A DNA stretch of 64,000 nucleotides, taken from assembly GCA_038251535.1 (NCBI GenBank), contig JBBSBF010000002.1:2220-66219 (forward strand), given 5' to 3'. The DNA comes from Minisyncoccia bacterium. GTDB lineage: Bacteria; Patescibacteriota; Minisyncoccia; Phycocordibacterales; UBA9973. The notes beneath the pieces are model-generated. The model worked only from the letters and a program-made list of their open reading frames with translations. It made no database searches and had not been told where the DNA came from. Below are positions 58,184-64,000 of the stretch, in pieces (positions within the stretch are counted from its first letter, which is position 1; every line of letters begins with the position of its first letter). Both the position numbers and the translations under genes were made by a program.

Positions 58184-61100
58184 ATGATAAAGAGGGTACT
58201 CTGTTTTTCAATACTGACGGTATTTTGTGTCTTTGGGTTTTTCAATCATGCCCATGCAGCACTGACGGATAACTTGAGTGCGTATTGGAAACTCGATGAA
58301 GCAAGTGGCACGAGAGTAGATAGCGCTGGAAGCAACGATCTCACCTCAAACAATAGTGTCGGGCAAGCAGTCGGCAAACTTGGGAATGCCTCATAGTTTA
58401 CAGCTACTAGTAGTCAGTATTTGAGCATTCCTGATAATGCAGCACTAAGTACAGGGGATATAGATTTTACTGTTGCAGGGTGGGTGTACTTAAGCTCTAA
58501 AACTACCTCACAAGGTTTAATAGGTAAATGGGATAGTGGAACTACTCGTGAATATCTTATTTATTATAATACCAGCGGTGATAGTTTTAATTTTGGTGTA
58601 AGCAGTAATGGAAGTAATTTAACAACCATTACAGCTAGCAGTTTTGGTTCTCCTGCTCTTAACACATGGTATTATGTCGTTGGATGGCATGATTCTGTTA
58701 ACAACACACTCAATATTCAAGTAAATAATGGGACAACAAACTCAGTTAGTTATTCTTCTGGAGTTATTGATAGCACGTCTTCATTTTATATTGGGCAGTA
58801 CCAAGGTGGACAATTTTTTACTGGTAATATAGATAGTGTCGGCCTTTGGAAGAGAGTGTTAACTAGTCCTGAAAAAGCAACACTTTATAATTCAGGAAAT
58901 GGACTTGAATATCCTTTTGTGGTCACTGTTCCCGATGCTCCAACTTCACTTTCAGCAAATACGGGAAATGCACAAGCTTATTTGTACTGGGACCCACCTT
59001 CTAATACTGGTGGTTCATCAATCACAGATTATATTGTCGAATATAAACTTTCAAGTGAGCCAACGACTTGGTCAACGTTCTCTGATGGGACGAGTACAGT
59101 AACGTATACCACAGTTACGGGGCTGACAAATAACCTTTCTTATGATTTTCGAGTCAGCGCAGTAAATGCAATCGGTACTGGTACAGCATCAGGTGTCGCG
59201 ACAACAACACCCCTTCTTCTGTCGACTTTGTTAAGTGATAGCTTCACCGGTACAACTATCGATACAGCAAAATGGACAGAAATAGATAGCATTGCAGGTG
59301 GTACAGGTGGAAACGTTACTCAAAATGGAACATTAAGTGTTGCAAATAGTTTCGTTGCATCGACATGGGGAGCAACAGCGCTTTATTCTACGAACACCTT
59401 TTCTTCAAACGGTCTTGAAATATCAGCAATTATGACTCCGGGAGGTGATCAGTTTATTGAGTATGGTGACATCAATTTTCAATCTGCGGGGACTAGAGCA
59501 TACATACTTTTTTTGACAGGTGGTGGTGTTCAAGGAATTGCTAAAAAGGATGGAGCGTATACATCGAATGTAAGTTGCGGAACAGCAACAAGTGGGGCTA
59601 CGTACAAGATGAAAATTATTACAACTGGATTTCAAATATACAAGAATGGTGTATTACAGTGCGTTGCAAATCCCGGAGCTTCTAATTTAGTGGATAATAA
59701 ACCTGTTTTTCTTGAATCCGCTACAACTGCGAGTACTTTTGATGATGTATTAGTTTACGGTGATAGCGCGACAAGTACAGTACCAGATGCTCCAACTGCG
59801 GTCTCAGCAACAGCGGGGGATGCACAGGCAATTGTCTCTTTCACCGCACCAGCTTCAAATGGAGGATCTGCTATTACAAGCTACACAGTTACCTCCTCTC
59901 CTGGTGGCATTACGGGTACAGGTTCTACTTCTCCAATTACCGTTACTGGTCTGACAAACAATACCGCTTACACATTTATTGTTACCGCAACAAACTCTAT
60001 TGGGACTAGTGCCTCTTCATCTTCTTCAAATAGTGTCACTCCTACTGCTTCTTCATTACAATCAATATCGATTACAAATGCAAATCTTGTCTGGAGTCCT
60101 TACAATTGGCATTTCAACGGATCAACATCTGCAACTACTAATCCTGGCGGAGCATATGTAAAGGTTGCATTTAGTGGCACAACGCTTGCGATTGGCGTCG
60201 ATACATCTTCGCTAGGCTCTGTACCTGCTTCATCGATACACATTCATACATTTATTGATGGTTCAACAAGTCTTATTGATAAAACACTTGCAAATGCAGT
60301 GAGTAACACGGTCACCATAAGCAGTTCTCTTTCTTCTGGCAATCATTATGCAATTATATATCTTGGTATTACAGACAATAATGTCGCCTATGATAGATGG
60401 ACTGTCCCCAATAATGCATTAAAAATAACGAACATAAAAATTGATGCTGCAGAGAGTATCTTGTCATTGAGCAGTACACCATTGGCACAAAAATCACAAA
60501 AAATAATTATATTTGGTGATTCAATTACTGAAGGATCTATTAACATTGTCACCGGCTCCGAATATGGGTATGCAGCAATTATGGGTAAGACGTACAATGC
60601 TGAATACGGACAAATTGGGTATGGAGGACAAGGATGGAATAGAGGAGGAAGAGGAAGTGTGCCTGCATTTTATAACGCAACAACACCAGGGCTTGCCTCG
60701 TGGCGTTCGTACGACAGCACCGCAACTAGACTCGTAGATGTAAACGACCTTTCCGCGGGTTTTATTGGAGGAAATCCGGATGCAGTATTTGTCAATATGG
60801 GCACTAACGATGCTATTAATAGTGTTGGTACAACACTGCAAGAAAATGCTATAGCTGCATGGCTCGCAGATATCAGGTTGACTGTGGGTAATACTGCGAA
60901 AATCTTTATTATCTCTCCATTTGATTTTGGCAATACAGGAAGTAGTACTTATGCACCGTATAAGACATCTTTATTGGCTGGCATTAATGATTATAAATTG
61001 GCAGACCCTGCTGATAATAAAGTATATATACTTGATTTAGGTATGCCTGGTTATAATACTGTCGTTGCTAATTCAAGTGATAGTCTTCATCCAAACAATA

Positions 61101-62443
61101 CTGGGTCTGCATTGCTTGGTAATCAATTAGCGGCACTAGCTGTTTCCACGTCAACTTTTACGACATCTCCAAGCACCACAGTGCAAGACAGTACTGCTGT
61201 CACTATCACCCTTACCGGTACTGGTACAGCGTGGACAACTGGAACGCCAGGGACCCCTACCTTCTTACTCTCTGGAGGAACCGGTGCTAGTATTACTGCT
61301 CAAACAATCACTTCAAGTACCAGTGCCACACTCACCATCAATGCTGGCAGTGCAGTAACTACTCTTACCATCGCTGACCCAACAAATAATTCAACAACTA
61401 CTGTTTCTGTTACTTCATCTGATATTATCCCACCCGTTATTTCACTTACCACACCTTCTGTGGGTACTGTTTCCGGACCTTCAGTTACTGTCTCGGCATC
61501 AGCTTCTGATAATGCAGTTGTCATTGGTGTTCAGTTTAAACTCGATGGAAGTAATCTTCAAGCTGAAGACATTGTATCTCCTTATGTGATTAGTTGGGAC
61601 ACTACTACCGTTGCAGATGGAATTCACACGCTGACTGCAGTTGCTAGAGATGCAGCAGGGAATAGTACAACGACTTCATCGACCTCTGTAACTGTCGACA
61701 ACACCCCTCCCTCCCTCTCCCTCGGTTCTCCTTCAGGCTCTCTTGCTTCCTCAACCACCTCAACTACACTCTCCATCACCACCGACGAATCTTCCACCTG
61801 CAAATACGACACCACCCCAAGCACTCTCTACGCATCCATGTCTCACACCTTTGATACCACGGGAGGTACTTCTCACACTTCTTCTCTCACCAGTCTCACC
61901 TCTGGAACGTCATACTCATACTACATCCGTTGCATCGACGCTTCTTCCAATGCAAACACGTCTGACTACACCATCTCCTTCTCAGTTGATGCTCTCTCAA
62001 CCATCCCTCATATCAACATCACCTCTATCGGATACAATCCTTCATTCCTTCCAGGTCTTCTCTTTCCAATCACTAACAGCACTAACAGCACTAACAGCAC
62101 TGACACCACTGCGTGTAGAAGAGGAGACTCCTTCTCCATGACTACCGGTGCTCGATGTACACCTACTACTCCTTACACTCCACCATCATCATTCATCTTC
62201 ACCCGTTCACTCTCTTGGCATGACACAGGGGACGACGTCAGATCCCTCCAACACTATCTCAACACCCACAACACACCTGTTGCACCCTCTGGTGTTGGCT
62301 CTCTCAATCATGAGACAACATACTTTGGGTTAGCGACGAGAGCTGCAGTGATGGCATTCCAGAAGGCGAACGGACTCGTCGATGATGGGGTGGTGGGGCC
62401 GATCACGAGGAAGGTGATTGAGTCCGTCGAAAGGCAGAATTGA
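58184..62443 (+). pseudogene. Large secreted surface protein (LamG, 2x FN3, SGNH esterase, Ig-like, peptidoglycan-binding) interrupted by one in-frame TAG at 58394-58396
   Basis: ORFs 58184-58396 and 58421-62443 share a frame; GNAS*FTATSSQYLSIPD continues a LamG motif; FGDSITEG/GTND/DSLHP SGNH blocks. Confidence 0.8.
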
Positions 62444-62473
62444 AGTAAATTTCAAACACCTCACTATCGAAAA

Positions 62474-62498
62474 CAAAGCACCCGAACGGGTGCTTTGT
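62474..62498 (+). terminator. Intrinsic terminator
   Basis: caaagcacccg-aa-cgggtgctttg. Confidence 0.75.
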
Positions 62499-62524
62499 TA
62501 TTTGGGTCTATATCATACGGATGG

Positions 62525-62553
62525 TTGACATTTTATACTTTGTACTATATAAT
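62525..62553 (+). promoter_or_regulatory. Consensus sigma70 promoter
   Basis: TTGACA-N17-TATAAT. Confidence 0.8.
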
Positions 62554-62580
62554 AATCCCAAACATTTTAAAACTTTAAAA

Positions 62581-63210
62581 ATGAAAAAGATAGTTATATT
62601 TCTCACGGCACTTGTGCTCCTTTCTGTGCTCCTTTCTTCATGCAAGAAAGAGCATTCGGTAGTAGTAGCTACTGACGGTCCTGAAAAAATGGACCAAAAA
62701 ATAATTCAACAATTGATAAAGGAAACGGGTGAACGGGCATCACACCCACAATGTAATGAGGGTGTTGCCCCAAATCCGGTGGGCACAGGGTTTGTTATTA
62801 CAGATCCTATGCTACATAGCGATTCGTCAAGAATCGATGTGTATGGATTTTACTTTTATTTTGACCAATCAGCAAAATGGCCAAAAATAATGGCCATAAC
62901 AGTATCCTGGATGGATGGGGGGATAAAACAAAGTCGACTTTCGACGTTTTGGGTCAAGAGTCTCGTGGACCCGAATGATCTGGGAACATTAATAATGAAT
63001 GTAAATGTTCCGAAAGAAAAGGATTTCACGATAGACATTTACGGTTTCTCTTCACTATCTTGCTCCTCGCATTGTTTGGTAGTTAACCACTTCCAATCAC
63101 CGACCTACTTCATCTCGAGAGAAGGGGTCATGGTGAAAAATAATGATCAGCTGGAATTCAATCGAATGAAAACAGGGGGTCAAAATCACATAAGTTATTC
63201 GGTACAATAA
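62581..63210 (+). CDS. Putative lipoprotein
   Basis: MKK-hydrophobic-LLSSC lipobox; start reset downstream of the promoter. Confidence 0.75.
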   Translation: MKKIVIFLTALVLLSVLLSSCKKEHSVVVATDGPEKMDQKIIQQLIKETGERASHPQCNEGVAPNPVGTGFVITDPMLHSDSSRIDVYGFYFYFDQSAKWPKIMAITVSWMDGGIKQSRLSTFWVKSLVDPNDLGTLIMNVNVPKEKDFTIDIYGFSSLSCSSHCLVVNHFQSPTYFISREGVMVKNNDQLEFNRMKTGGQNHISYSVQ

Positions 63211-63327
63211 AAAATCATTTTCCGTACACTATCTGCTCGCAAGCCGCACCTCAATAGGGGCGGTTTTTTTATACTTGACAAATATTTGAAATATGATATA
63301 GTCATAAAAAACCTAAAACTTTAAAAA

Positions 63328-63684
63328 ATGAAAAAAATACTGATTTTACTCAATGTGTTGTTATTAACAGTTACCTGTACCGTTGGTCAAATAAATACTA
63401 AAACTTCAATAAAAAATTACGAAAAAATACTCAAAGTGGATGGAGTAGAGTTTGCTGGAACCCGGGCTGAACTTTTAGCTCTTTATCCAAAAAGCTTACT
63501 TGTAAATCAACCAAAAGACAGTCTACTTCTGTATATGGTGGCCTTACCTAATAAGGCAAGAGTTCGTCGTAGGGTTGCGGTAGGAGAATACCCATTCCAT
63601 ATTTGGAAAGGGACATTCCGACTCCAGACTGTCGGAGAATACAAGGGTTATTGGCTTTACATAAACAAATGGAAACAAAGCTAG
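63328..63684 (+). CDS. Putative secreted hypothetical protein
   Basis: MKK signal peptide; own TTGACA-N16-TATAGT promoter (63275-63302) and downstream hairpin. Confidence 0.7.
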   Translation: MKKILILLNVLLLTVTCTVGQINTKTSIKNYEKILKVDGVEFAGTRAELLALYPKSLLVNQPKDSLLLYMVALPNKARVRRRVAVGEYPFHIWKGTFRLQTVGEYKGYWLYINKWKQS

Positions 63685-63798
63685 TAAAAGATATAGCCCA
63701 CAACTACAATGTTGTGGGCTATTTTTATATTCTAAACACTGATTTGGACACCGCAATCATTGGGAGTATACTCTCTATATCCGTAAGTGGAAAAAGAA

Positions 63799-64000
63799 AT
63801 GGAAATTTTAGGAAAATTATTAGGCGGAATTCCGCGAGTAAAGATTATGCGATTATTTCTCCTCAATCCTGAGGCGGGGTTTGAAACGGTGGATATCACC
63901 GAACGCAGTCGTATCAGTCCAACTCACTCGCGTAAATCAGTAGCCACTCTCGCTGCAATGGATTTTATTGTGAAAAAGTCTTTTACCAAGGAAACGACCA
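63799..64000 (+). CDS. Winged-helix protein, partial (runs off the window)
   Basis: Manual translation MEILGKLLGGIPRVKIMRLFLLNP..., open to the window end. Confidence 0.7.
   Translation, partial: MEILGKLLGGIPRVKIMRLFLLNPEAGFETVDITERSRISPTHSRKSVATLAAMDFIVKKSFTKETT

Noticed and set aside
58184-62443. Genome-wide stop-codon reassignment (TAG or TGA)
   Set aside because: TAG ends msrB, pheT and nusG and TGA ends tatD and others at expected positions; only one interrupted gene is seen
1-64000. tRNA or rRNA genes
   Set aside because: No cloverleaf or rRNA-like segment recognised by eye; tRNAscan-SE would be needed to exclude them

Overview
64-kb chromosomal segment of a Patescibacteria (CPR)/Parcubacteria-like bacterium using genetic code 11 (TAA, TAG and TGA all act as stops) with largely Shine-Dalgarno-less starts. 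Most of it is housekeeping: pheST, argS, ileS with a T-box, glyQS, metG, secE-nusG-rplK with no rplA, rpsF-ssb-rpsR, rplJL, efp, recA, recO, ftsK, ndk, mgtA and a MacAB-like ABC exporter. There is also a putative S-layer gene with a glycosylation locus and a large multidomain surface protein interrupted by one in-frame TAG. Most notable: (1) an AT-rich six-gene pyrimidine/folate island (two divergent DHFRs, HIGH-type nucleotidyltransferase, dCMP-deaminase-like fusion, HIT hydrolase, thymidylate synthase with an altered phosphate-binding motif) that may be an undescribed nucleotide pathway; (2) a three-copy three-way-junction repeat showing compensatory base changes; (3) short palindromes inserted in frame in essential genes; (4) a candidate 6S RNA; (5) a wHTH gene carrying an array of AAGGACA sites including a 17-bp perfect inverted pair; (6) a 31/32-identical CTA-rich initiation region shared by ssb and rplL. 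All calls come from reading motifs by eye; no searches were run.
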